In this document: in pieces, positions 1 to 12,100 of the stretch
Position numbering within the stretch: the first letter of the stretch is position 1
Layout: every line of letters begins with the position of its first letter
DNA from: Malacoraja senta
Taxonomy: Eukaryota
Assembly (NCBI GenBank): GCA_038087875.1
Contig: CM075989.1
Span: 25,360,001 to 25,424,000, forward strand
Direction: 5' to 3'
Length of the DNA stretch: 64,000 nucleotides
Made by a program: the position numbers and the translations under genes
The notes under the pieces: model-generated
The model's database searches: none
What the model was told of the DNA's origin: nothing
Seen by the model: only the letters and a program-made list of their open reading frames with translations

Positions 1-231
1 CTCTGAGAGAATTGTGATTATCGTGAATAAAGTAACAGCAGGTATCATTGAAATCTGATCTCTGAATCAGAATCTGCCCACTGCCCACCTCACACTAAAT
101 CTACACCAATCCCTCTTTTTTCTCTGCTTTCACTTTATTCCACACTTTCAATGTTCTTTCCAGTCTGTATGTGCCCCAACCTCACCCAGACAAAAATAGG
201 TACTATGACTGCAGATGCCCCTGACTGTCGA

Positions 232-497
232 ATAGTGAAAGGCCGATTATAAGACGTACCTTTAGAAAGAAGATGAGGAGGAGTTTCTTTTGTCCGAGGG
301 TGGTGAATATGTGGAATTCATTGCCACAGATGGTGGTGGAGGCCGGCATTGGGTATTTTTAAGGCAGAAATTGTCAGGTTCTTGATTAGTACGGGTGGCA
401 GGGGTTACGGGGAGAAGGCAGGAGGATGAGACAGAGCGAAAGATAGATCAGCCATGATTGAATGGAGGAGTAGACATGATGGGCCGAATGACCTTCA
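232..497 (+). mobile_element. CR1-clade LINE 3' end fragment
   Basis: RVVN.WNSLP-type C-terminal coding remnant and the GATCAGCCATGATTGAATGG...GATGGGCCGAATG 3' UTR seen in many other copies here. Confidence 0.75.
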
Positions 498-1161
498 GAA
501 CTGCCTGTTAACATTCATAGAGGAATTAAAGAAGGCATTAACCCCAAGAAAAGGGCTTGGCAGAAATAAAGAGGTTGCACGGCAGTCGAGGTCACGACCC
601 GTGACCCGTACTGTTGCCATGCAATGCCTTCTGGAGTACAAGCGGTGAACATCAGGTAAGCACTCACCATGGCAGCCAGTACAACGGGCCCATCTTCTGT
701 CCCAGCATCCGGACTTCACGCTGACTGGTTCCACACTCGCGGACCCCGGGCCGTCTGTCCCCGAGGTGGGGGGGGCGGGCGTCGAGGTGCCTGTGCAGCG
801 TGGTCAGTGACAGGGTGGGCGGAGGGACCAGACTGTCCCCAACTCTGCTGCAGCTGACGGGTACGTTGCCGGGTTTTCGTCCCCGTGTGTCCGTTGTCCA
901 GCCCCTTGTGTGGGCGCTGCCGGCCTATAGCCCGTGACAGTGCGGACGCACAGGGGGAGACGGGGCGGCCGTGGCCGGACAGCACTGACCCCAGGGGAAG
1001 AGTGGGGGCTGTCCCGAGGGATGCGTTCCTTTGGCCGCTTACACCTTGGTGCTCGGGTTCAGAGCAAAGATACTAGAGCGTTTGGTTCAGAGCGCTCATT
1101 CACACTCCACAAAAATTGACCATTTCGGTGTTTTTTAGCAGGTAAGAAAGTAAGTAGCGCT

Positions 1162-2485
1162 TGGTTCTTGGTTTCTTGGTCCTCCAAAATATTCCAAATG
1201 GAATTTAAACTGGAGGTGGTGGAGGGAGGACTTAAGCCAGAAAGGGTTTTTGGGAAGAAAGAGCTAACTTAAATTTAGTTGCATCTGGTTGGGTAACTAT
1301 AGTAGGGTGGAGATTATTCCATGCTTTAATTGTGCGGGGGAAGAATGAATTGCTGTACACATCTGTCTTGGTAGCTGGAATCACAAATTGGATCGAATGC
1401 CCTCGTCTGCTCCTAATTGGTTTGGGTTTGGTGTAGGTCTTGTAATCTATGTCGAGCTGACCATTTAACATTTTGTAAAAACAGGTCAAACGGTGAGCTT
1501 CACGTCTGTCTTGGAGAGGGTTCCACCCCAGAGAATTCAGAAGTTTGGTAACACTCGCTTCTCTCTCATAGGTGTTAGTAACAAATCGAGCTGCCTGTCT
1601 TTGGACACGTTCGATGGAAGAAATGTTTTTATTTGTGTATGGGTCCCATGCTGCAACTGCGTAGTCCAAATGAGGTCTAACGAGGGTGAAGTATAGCTTC
1701 TCCTTGACAGAAGTTGAACAATGATGAAAGTTGCGCCTCAGAAAATTTAGGACACCTGTTGCTTTCACCGTTGCATGATGAGACTGACCATTCCAAAGCA
1801 GATCATTCTGCAATTTGATGCCAAGATACTTGGTTTGTTTGGATTCTTCAAGGGTGGTACCAAGTATATTGTACGATGTTTCGCCTGGATTCCTCTTTCT
1901 GGTGACACGCATGGTTTCACATTTGGAAGGGTTGAACTGCATGCCCCATTGGTGTGACCACTCAACCATTGTATCGAGGTCCTTTTGGAGAGCATCTTCA
2001 TCATCAGCTGACTTAATTGGACGGTACAGCAAACAATCATCAGCGAATAGTCTGGTCGTGCTTGCGACTTTTTCATGGATGTCGTTTATGTAAAACAAAA
2101 ACAGATGTGGGCCAAGTACTGTGCCCTGAGGTGTACCACTCAACACTGGATGCCAATCGGAGCTCTTTCCGTTCACACACACACGCTGAAGACGTTTTGT
2201 CAGGAAACTGGAAATCCATCGTTTCGTGTTGGAACGAATACCATAGAAGTCAAGCTTCCGAAGCAGTCTCTGGTGTGGGATGACATCAAATGCTTTAGAA
2301 AAGTCCAGCACTACTAAATCCGTGATGACATTACCATCAAGATGTTTGGCCAGGTCATTTGTCGTCAGGATAAGCTGAGACTCACATGATCTATGCCTCC
2401 TAAATGCATGTTGGTTGTCAGCAAGAATATTATGTTTGCTCACGTGTCGCATCAGATTACTATCAATTACATGCTCCAATTACAT
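1162..2485 (-). mobile_element. 5'-truncated young CR1-group LINE with an uninterrupted 415-aa RT/C-terminal ORF
   Basis: ORF 1232-2479 has LDFSKAFD, GTPQGTVLGP, LFADD and YFTLVRPHLDYA..WDP. (ACCAAGA)n tail at ~1162-1180. GCGCT is duplicated at 1157-1161 and 2486-2490. Confidence 0.88.
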
Positions 2486-2671
2486 GCGCTAAACCTCGAC
2501 AGTTGGCGGCATTTAACGGTGCCGCCTAGCCTGGGGAGGCATGGCTTTTAGCGGTCTGCTGAAGTGGTAAAGACAATGGTTTCGCTTTGTGGGCTTATGA
2601 GCCTGTAAGCTATTCGTGGAGGAGGCCGCGTAGAGGCTGTCTTTGTCTCCTTTGTCTCCGGATGCCTACGA

Positions 2672-3263
2672 GCCACCCCAGTAAACCAACTGCCCGTCCT
2701 CGCTGGCATCGCCCCAGCCAACATCAGACGAGAAGCAGCCACGCTGGCCCTCTCTCAAAAGGCACAAACCAGTGAATCCCACCTCCTCCATCAGATCGTC
2801 ACAGAGACACCACGACGAGTGCGCCTCAAGTCACGGCACCCCTTTGCCACACAAGCCCAAGAGCTGCTCTGCACAACACCGGCTGACGCTTCTAAGGCTG
2901 CCTGGGTCAAGACAAGATTGAGAGACCAGTGGAAGTCAGCGGAACCATCTAGGCTACACCATTACATCGATGACTCCATGGACGTCCCAGGCCAGGACCT
3001 GCCCTGAAAGCAGTGGACAACCCTCAACCGCTTGAGGACAGGCATTGGACGCTATGGAGTAGCGATGAAGAGGTGGGGCCTCGTGGACAGCGCCTCCTGC
3101 GAGTGTGGGGACCCAACACAGACAGTGGAGCACATAGTCACCAGTTGCCCCAAACACCGGCCACCGAATGGTGAACGAGGTCTGATTGACCTGGACGATG
3201 ACACGTTGGCCTGGCTCGCCTCAACGGAGCTGCAGGTCTAAAAGACACATGACAGAAGAAGAA
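2672..3263 (+). mobile_element. Vingi/Ingi-clade non-LTR retrotransposon 3' fragment
   Basis: Reads LPVLAGIAPANIRRE...RLKSR...PGQDLP*KQWTTLNRLRTG.GR....M.RWG...S..CECG...QTVEHIV..CP (CCHC knuckle). Very short 3' UTR, (GAA)n tail, one in-frame stop. Confidence 0.75.
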
Positions 3264-3623
3264 GTGTGTAAACAGTGTATGCCAGAGGCTGCCATGTCCT
3301 CCAGAAGGATTGAGTTGCTCCGTGCATCACGCCCTTTGACCCGATGACCTACCTTCAACCCCCCTATACCAGTGATCCTGATGAGTGTGAATGTTTTAGA
3401 GTCCAATAAATGGCAAACAAAATGAGAACAAAGAAGACTCTTTGGGGTAAACATGGCCCTTTGCCGTCAGAGATGGTAGTACAATTTCTCTCCACGTTAT
3501 GAACTGACGACTTATGTACAGCCAATACGTATGAGCTAACATTTGGGAGATGGTTGGGTTGGATTTGCTGGCTGCAGCATCTTCTGCTATGTAGAAATTT
3601 TGTTTGGGCCAATATCTGGCTGG

Positions 3624-3810
3624 TTGATAGACACAAAATGCTGGAGTAACTCAGCGGGACAGGCAGCATCTCTGGAGAGAAGGAATGGGTGACGTTTTGA
3701 GTCGAGACCCTTCTTGAGACTTCTCTCCAGAGATGCTGCCTGTCCCACTAAGTTACTCCAGCTTTTTGTGTCTGTCTTCGGTTTAAACCAACATCTGCAG
3801 TTCCTTCTTA
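3624..3810. mobile_element. Penelope-derived palindromic non-autonomous element
   Basis: Inverted arms AGACACAAAATGCTGGAGTAACTCAGCGGGACAGGCAGCATCTCTGGAGAG and their reverse complement. The arms match the sequence ending the Penelope copies at 22584-22665 and 25205-25302. Confidence 0.75.
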
Positions 3811-4116
3811 CCCATTTTGTCTGACTGGTCGAGCTAAATACTCTGGTTTAACTTCAGGTTGCTCTTGATTTTCGTACATACTATGCAAAACCATGTATTT
3901 TCCACTGTACATCAGTACATATGACAATAAAAAAACAATACACCAAACTCAGGATGTAAAGAGGTGGCAAGATAGATGAATGGGGAAATATGGATTGCAC
4001 ACAGCCCATTGTGGAAAACTGAGGTTATCCACTTCAGTTTAAAGATGGAATTGCTGAGTATTTAAATGATTGATGTGCAAAGGGATGTCCTTGTACACAG
4101 TCACAGAAATACAAGA

Positions 4117-5757
4117 ATTTGATATAGTTGGGATTTGATATAGTTGGGATTATGGAGACATGGCTCCAGGGTGACCAAGGCTGGAAGCTAAACATGCAGG
4201 TGTGTTCGATATTCAGGAAGGATAGACAGAAAGGAAGAGAAGGTGGGGTGGCATTGTTGTTTAAATGCAATAGTAAGGATAGACATACGCTTGGATGCTA
4301 TTGATTCGGTATGGGTAGAACTGCAAAATAGCTAAGGGCAGAAAACGCTTGTTGGAGTTGTGTATACACCACCAAACAGCAGTAGGGAGGTTGGGGATAG
4401 CATCAAGCAGGAAATTAGGGATGCGTGTAGCAAAGGTACAGCAGTTATCATGGGTGAGTTCAATCTACATATAGATTGGGCCAATCAAATTGGTAACTGT
4501 GCTGAGGAGCAGGATTTCCTGGAATGTATACAGGATGGGTTTTTTAAGCCAATATGTAGAGGAACCGACTAGAGGACAGGCCATCCTAGTCTTGGTATTG
4601 TGTAACGAGGAAGGATTAGTTAGCGATCTTGTTGTGCAAGGGCCTTTGGGCAACAGTGTCCATAATATGGTGGAATTCTGTATTAGGATGGAGAGTGACA
4701 CAGTTAATTCAGAGACCAGGGTCCTGAACTTGAATAAAGGAGACTTTGAAGGTATGATGGGAATTGGCTAGGATGGACTGGCAAATTATACTTAATGAGT
4801 TGACAGTGGAGATGCAATGGCAAAGATTTAAAGATCGCATGAATGAACTCCAAAAATTGATCATCCCTGTCTGGCAAAAAAATAAAACGGGGAAGGCGGC
4901 TCAACCAAGGCTAATGAGGGAAATCAAAGATAGTGTTACATCCAAAGAAGAGGCATATAAATTGGCCAGAGGAAGCAGCAAACCGGAGGACTGGGAGAAA
5001 TTTAGCATTCAACAGAGGAGGACAAAGGGGCTAATGAAAAGGGGAAAAGAGCATGAAATAAAGCTTGCAGGGAATATAAAAACTGACTAAAAGCTTCTTT
5101 AGATATGTAAAAAGGAAAAGATTAGTGAAGACAAATGTAGGTCCCTGACAATCAGAGACAGATGAATTTATAATGGGAAACAAGGAAAAATACAGAACAG
5201 TTAAATGAGTACTTTGGTTCTGTCTTCACTAAGGAAGACACAAACAATCTCCCAGAAATACTAGGGGACCGACGATCTAGTGGGAGGGAGGAACTGATGG
5301 GAATCCACATTAGTCAGAAAATTGTGTTAGGTAAACTGTTGGGACTGAAGGCAGATAAATCCCCAGGAGCTGATGGTTTACATCCCAGAGTACTCGAGGT
5401 GGCCCTAGAAATCGGTGATCATTTTCCAACATTCTATAGACTGGATCAGTTCCTGTGGACTGGAGGGTAGCTAATGTAACTCCACTTTTAAAGAAAGGAG
5501 GGAGAGAGAAAACGGAAATATAGACCAGTTAGCCTTACATTGGTAGTGGGCAAGATGCTTGGGTTGATTGTTAAAGATGTAATAGCAGCGCATTTGGAAA
5601 GCAGTGACAGGATCGGTCAAACTCAGCATGGAGTTAAGAAGGGGAAATCATGCTTGACTAATCTTCTGACATTTTTTGAGGATGTAACAAGTAGAATGGA
5701 TAAGGGAGAACCAGTTTGGACTTTCAAAAAGCCTTTGGCAAGGTCCCACACAAGGGT
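4117..5757 (+). mobile_element. Degraded CR1 LINE ORF2 (APE endonuclease to start of RT)
   Basis: Fragmented frames: DIVGI.ETWL, VYTPPN, VIMGEFN, LSQYVEEPTR..AIL.LVL, KSPG.DG..P, QHG..KGKSCLTNLL.FFE. Many stops and frameshifts. Confidence 0.85.
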
Positions 5758-6566
5758 TTAGGGTCAGTGGGCAGAAAGGCCTCCAGTTTTGCAATGAGTT
5801 TATGATGCCTTGCCAAAGCAAGCCGACCTTCGTTGCCTCCTGTTCCCCACCAGCCACAACTCCCAATATCTCCTTTTATATTCTTAGAACATCCTGATCC
5901 CCTCCTGACCCCAAACTCAATGTCCCAGTTACCTGATCCCAACCACCGTGCATGCCCCTGGTCTCATAACCTGTAATGTAATAAACTACAGCCCTATAAT
6001 ACAATATAAGATGTAATTATTACATTTTTACTTTCAGCCCTATAATAACTACTAAAACATTTAACTTCAAAATAAGAGCCTGCAGCTGAATTATATCGAC
6101 CTTACATAATTCCATGGAACCTGCAAGATTCATCCACTTGGAAAATCTATTGATTTTGACAGTAACCAAATTCTGAAAATAGAGTACATCTATTTTGCAT
6201 TAATGGCCAAAAAATTTGCAGGAAGACTTTATAGATTTCAGTTTACATTTCACTTCCAGTGTATTACTCATAAACGTAGAGGAAACGCTGTTCCTATTTG
6301 TGCAGTTCTCTGCGGTTGGTGTGAGTATACTCAGTTATTTTTAGTATTTTTTCAACTTCTCTTTGCCATTATCACTCATCAAGCAGCGACATAGCGTAAT
6401 ATTATTCTAAAATATCTGTTCATTCCTTAAATGGGTGTGATGGTCCTTTCCAAAGCATTAGCATGTGATAATTCTTATTTTCATTACGTAAAGAAAATTT
6501 AAATTGCATCTCAAGCAGATTTGAAAATGACAGAAAGCTGGAGGTGAAATTTAAAGTCTTTCCAAA

Positions 6567-7055
6567 TCACATAACCATATAACCATATAACCATAACAGC
6601 ACGGAAACAGGCCATCTCGGCCCTTCAAGTCCGTGCCGAACATTAAATTTTTTTTTTTTTTTTTTAATTAAAAATAAATACTTCCCCCTAGTCCCATCTA
6701 CCTGCACTCAGACCATAACCCTCTATTCCTTTCCCGTCCATATACCCATCCAATCTATTTTTAAAGGATAACATCGAACCTGCCTCCACCACTTCCACTG
6801 GAAGCTCATTCCACACAGCTACCACTCTCTGAGTAAAGAAGTTCCCCCTAATGTTCCCCCTAAACTTCTGTCCCTTAATTCTCAAGTCATGTCCCCTTGT
6901 TTGAATCTTCCCTACTCTCAATGGGAAAAGCTTATCCACGTCCACTCTGTCTAACCCGCTCATAATTTTAAAGACCTCTATCAAGTCCCCTCTTAACCTT
7001 CTGCGCGCCAAAGAATAAAGACCTAACTTGTTCAACCTTTCTCTGTAACTTAGGC
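6567..7055 (-). mobile_element. CR1 LINE 3' end with (TATATGGT)n tail
   Basis: ORF 6688-7065 LSYRERL..LGLYSL..RRLRGDLIEVFKI...FFTQRVV..WN.LP. Octamer tail at 6570-6595. Confidence 0.85.
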
Positions 7056-7112
7056 TCGTCTTCAATTTTACAGAACTTTTGGGCTGCTCTGGATTTGTAT
7101 GCCATCAGATCT

Positions 7113-7700
7113 AACGTTAGACAGTGGGCTGAGGTGCTTTTTTGTTTAAGTTCGTGACCCAAATCACGAAACGACCTGAATTTTTAACATATTGTGTAAA
7201 AATATTTGCTGCGAGTGGTCGGTTGGGCCGCCGGTGGGTGCTGCGAGTGGTCGGTCGGCCGGCCGGTGGGTGCTGCGAGTGGTCGGTCGGCCGGCCGGTG
7301 GGTGCTGCGAGTGGTCGGTCGGACGGCCGGTGGGTGCTGCGAGTGGTCGGTTGGACGGCTGGTGGATGCTGAGAGTGGTCGGGCTGTCAGGCTGCCGGTG
7401 TTGCAGCGAGCGAGTAGGCGGTCTGATGGAGCCGCCGCTATGGGGGTGCTGAAGGCGGCCTGGGCGGCGTGCGGGGCAGTGCTGCTCCCCACCATCACCA
7501 CCACGACGATCCAGAAGGGCATGCTGGCCGAGGTGGACGCGCTGTGGGGCCACACGTACGGAGTCCGCAGCTGGTCCCAAAGCGGCTCCAGCTCCAGCCG
7601 TGGGCAGCTCTGGAAGGGGGGCATGCAAGTAGTTCCCAGACATGGGTCACAAAAGTTAAATTTTAGACACATTTTTGATGCTCGGCCCACAGCCTACGTG
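7113..7700. mobile_element. Putative non-autonomous DNA transposon with a GC-rich interior
   Basis: Imperfect inverted ends (ACGTTAGACAGTGGGCTGAG near 7114-7132 vs the reverse complement of CTCGGCCCACAGCCTACGT near 7681-7699) and a subterminal GTGACCCA/TGGGTCAC pair. No clear TSD. Confidence 0.4.
7206..7385. repeat. ~31-bp GC-rich minisatellite (TGCTGCGAGTGGTCGGTCGGCCGGCCGGTGGG-like), 5-6 copies
   Basis: Tandem units directly visible. Confidence 0.9.
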
Positions 7701-8494
7701 TTTTGATGTCCATCCTTTTGTCTATCTATCTTTAAATGCATCACTCGTTTACCCAGGGCCACACGCATTAAACTCTCCAAGGTTTTTCCCTGAATTCTGT
7801 GCAGACTTGTAAAATAGCAAAGTGTATACGGAGTTCCTCTGGCCCTGCTGAAACCGCACTGCCTTTTCTAAGAAACCACCAATTTAATTCTCCCACTCCT
7901 CCTTATATCTCAACTTTTTTTCTACTTCAATTATTTACACAATTTTCTTCGAAAAAGTACTGTTGATCCTGTGTCTGCAAACCAATCAGATAATTCATGC
8001 AAAATCCTAAAACTTGCAGAAACAATTTTCTTTATGCAACCTCTGGTTCTTTTACCATTCACCTGAGTCCTCTCAATGCTTGCTCCAATCTCACTGGGAC
8101 TGGGTTGTTCTTATTTAGATCCTTACTAATTATAAGAACCTCTTTCAGATCTTTTCTACATTTCTTTGCTTGGCTGAACTTGGTCTAACATTAAACACTT
8201 CTCTTTTTATACTAATTTCCTCCAAATAAAAAGAGCAGTTATTGGGATCTGCAGATGATGCCCATAGGATACAAGAAACAGTCCTTGACAGGCTCCCTCC
8301 TTCACCACCTGTTCTGGAACATATATTGGTGATATTATTGGCTAAATTGGTGCCACACCCTGCTTTCACCCTAGTTTAGTGTTGTTCTTTGCAACCTGGA
8401 CTAATGAATTAACTAATCACCTTCTCAGATTTCCCTGAAAATCTGTGTGTACATCAGAGCACACAAGTAACACAACAGAAAACAAGGTCTCAAC

Positions 8495-8884
8495 CAAAGA
8501 TCCTATAGCGGAGCAAGATAGACCACTCCTTCTAAATGCAATGGGCTGACGTGTAGTACGCAACGGAGCGGAACGTGGGCCTTTTTTTCGTCCATTTCAG
8601 TAACCCGACCCGACTCGCAGTGTAATCAGCGTTGCGGGGGAACAGTTTGTGTTAATAAATTATAATTCTGAAATTGAGGAGAAGATTTTCCCCAAACAAC
8701 TTTTATTTTTACGAGGATGTTTCCATAACCGGCTTCCGTCTCCGCACTAGTATCTTATGGGATCTTTGGTGCGGAGACGGAAGCCGGTTATGGAAATGGG
8801 GCCAAAAATTACCCATGAATCTGCCCATGACCGTACTACGTCTTTTTCATCGAGTGGACTATCTTGCTCGCTAGAGGATCTTTG
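8495..8884. mobile_element. 390-bp MITE with ~35-bp TIRs and 8-bp TSD (P- or hAT-type)
   Basis: TIRs CAAAGATCCTATAGCGGAGCAAGATAG.CCACTC / GAGTGGACTATCTTGCTCGCTAGAGGATCTTTG. TSD GTCTCAAC at 8487-8494 and 8885-8892. Confidence 0.9.
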
Positions 8885-10789
8885 GTCTCAACTCCAAATT
8901 CCAATGGGCATTAGGCAATAATTCAAGCTTTAACTTCGAAGGAATTTTGAGTTGAAAGTTGATTTTTCTGCTGTGTACCAGAGGTGTGCCAAACATGATT
9001 TTCAATCAAATCTGAGATGGTGACCAGCCAACCTTCTTACTTACTTTTAATTGGTACAGAATCATATCATCCAATACCAAGCAATTTATATACAGGTCTC
9101 CGATAAACCATCAATGTTTGCTGGGTTTTGCTTGAAAATAGGATTTTTGGACCTTGAAAGTCCTTGAATTTATAGTTCTGTGTACGAACCCTGCCTTTGG
9201 CATTTCAGAGAAAACAATCCATGTCTCTCTAACCTCTCCCTTTAGCTAAACATCCCGTATCCAGACATCATTCTGGTAAACCACCTGCACCCTACCCAAA
9301 GCCTCCATATTTGACCAGAATTGCACGCATTGCTCCAAATGCAGCATGCCAAAGTCAACAGAGCTGCATCATGACTTTCTGACTATTCAATGCCTCATTC
9401 AATGAAGGCAAGCGTACCATATGCCTAACTAGTTCGGTTGCCACTTTCAGGAGGCTATGGACCTGAACCCGAAGATTTCTGTGCACATCAATGCTGTTTA
9501 GGGTCTTGCCATCAACCGTTTATCTTCTCCTAAGTCTTCAAATTGTATTGATCAGCTAACACAGGTTCTGGTCAGGAGAGGGGAAGAAAATAATAATGAA
9601 CCGATACCAAATTGAATGAATAAATTTGACTTCACTTACCATCACACTTGTAGAGACCAAACGTTTATAAGGGTGTGGGCTGAAAGAAACTGGACAGGCA
9701 GGAAACTGACTCTGGGAAGTTAAAAAGCTTTTACTTCAGCAGTTAAAGTGTGCACTCATTGTAACTATTCAAATACGACCAACCACTGGCACGGCACTAG
9801 GTAGGAAGGGAGCTGGAGTACTTATTTCAGGCCAGAGGCAAGAGGAATGTGAATATAATGCTGGGTGAAAGGAAACCTTGCCGTTTCTGTTGGTCATGCT
9901 GGTGGCCGTTCACCTCGCAAGTAGGAGTTGTCACATGGTTATTGTCAGGAGGAACTGGTAACTCTCCAGCAGATATCAGTGGCACGATACAGACGGGCTG
10001 TGGCCAAGGAGGTAAGCTGAACATTCACTGGGAGAGCGATCGGATTGGGGGATCGACTCGCAGAGCCATTGTGAACATACCCAGGCCTTAGCTCAAATCA
10101 TGGCTGGGGGAAGAGAAAGGGAATGGGGTCCTTGTGTCAGGTATCCCATTAAGAACATTTCACCACCGAATATGCATTCAGGTTTGTTATTTACAAAAAA
10201 GTCGACAGGACTTCAGCACACTTGAGTCATCTGGTTATTGGCCTGTTGTAAACTTGGAGGGCGGCGAAGGTTCTATTCCTACAGGTTGTGTGTTCAAGTC
10301 CCGTTCCAGACACTGCAACACAAATATGTAGGCTGAGATGGAATCATAGGACGGTTCCAGTGCAGGAGGAGACCATTTGGCCCATTGTGTGAAACCCAGC
10401 TCTCGACTGGAGCAATTCTCAAGATCTAAAGCCCCAGCCCTCCCCGTAGCCTTACCAATATTTAATCTACTTCCTGGCAGGTCACGATGGTCCTTGCATC
10501 CAGCACACCTCCAGATTTTAATTATGTCCCTCTTAATTCCTTTGAATTTATACCTGACCTCCACCAATGGAACAGCCTGCCTCTGTTCAGATTCATCATT
10601 TGATATACTTCTATCAGATCTACCTTCAGCTTTCTCTCCTCCAAAGAAGACACTGCCAGGAACCATTCTCACAAAGTGCTGGAGTTGCTCAGCGGGTCAG
10701 GCAGCATTTCTGGAGAACATAAATAGGTGTAATTTCATGTCGGGACCCTTCTACAGACTGATTTTGGGGGGGGGGAGGACATAATACAC

Positions 10790-12100
10790 TAGTTGGGATT
10801 GGACCAATGCTTTAAATAGGTTCAGCATAACTTCCATGCTTCTATTGAATCATGTATGTCTTATTCACTCTTTGCTCAACCACCTCTACTTCTGCACCCC
10901 TCGCAGAGCAGCTTTGCTTCTCCTCACTTATTCGATCAAGATGGATAACCCTGCTTATGATTAGACCATCTACCAAGTGTCTGCTCATCTATCACTAGCC
11001 TGTTTATATCTTCATCATCTATCACTTTCCTCATCTCAGTTCAAAACACTGCCAAGGTTTATGTTTAAGAAGGAACTGCAGATGCTGGAAAATCAAAGGT
11101 AGACAAAAATGCTGGAGAAACTCAGCGGGTGAGGCAGCATCTATGGAGCGAAGGAAATAGGCAACGTTTCGGGTCGCCTATTCCTTCGCTCCATAGATGA
11201 TGCCTCACCTGCTGAGTTTCTCCAGCATTTTTGTCTACCAAGTTTTATGTCATCTGCAAATTTATAAATTGTGGGTTGCATCCCCCAATCTAAATAATTT
11301 ACATAGACCAAAATAAACAATGGTCCTAACACTGTTCCCTGGGTAACACCATTATTTCCCTTCCTTCTGACAGAAAAACAACCAATACCACTACCCTCTG
11401 TTCTGTTACTTCATATCCATCTTATCAATGTCCCTTTAATATGTTTAAACTTTGCTGATAAGCCTGTTTTGTGGCATCTTATCAAAAGCCTTCTAGAAAT
11501 ACATTTACACCATTTGACTGCATTACCCTCACCATTTCCATCCAATATTGCAACAAGAAATTCCATCAGACTGTTTAAACATAATTGACACTTAATGAAA
11601 GGGTGCGGGCTTGCCTTCATTAATCCATTAATCGTGCTACAGTTCAATGTTTCTAAAACTGTTCCCATTACCAAGGCTAAATAGATCAGCCAGTACTTTA
11701 TGCTTACTCTCTATTTTTTTGTACAGGATGTAACACTTGCAACTGTCACCAGTTATCTGGCACTGTCTTTGTAGAGAGAACATTAAACTGTGATGACATT
11801 GCCTTTGTGATTTCCTCCTAAACATCCTTCAAAATCCTTGGATGCGCGGCATTCTGGTTCAAGTGGTTTTCATATTTTAAATTCACCAACACCTCCATGC
11901 TATCCATTTTTAACATGACTATTATTTCTGCTCCACTATTACTGTAGAAGTACCCTCTTCCCTGAAGACAGATGCAGAGTACTCATTTCGTTCCTTAATC
12001 ATTGCATTCTGCATCCACATGCAAGTTCCATTTTCGTGCTTAATATGCCTCCTCCATGTACCGCCCATTTACTACTTATTTATCATTTATATTAGCAGCT
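10790..12100 (-). mobile_element. Old CR1 RT remnant, interrupted by a Penelope-derived palindrome (~11063-11238)
   Basis: Minus-strand LGPLFILVYVNYLD...IYKFADD.KL fragment. The palindrome arms GTAGACAAAAATGCTGGAGAAACTCAGC are inserted right after FADD. Confidence 0.65.

Noticed and set aside
2505..2530. Helitron 3' end or HDV-like ribozyme at the GGCGGCA/TGCCGCC hairpin
   Set aside because: CTAG overlaps the stem rather than lying ~10 nt downstream, and it is not followed by T. The 8-nt loop is too short for the HDV nested pseudoknot.
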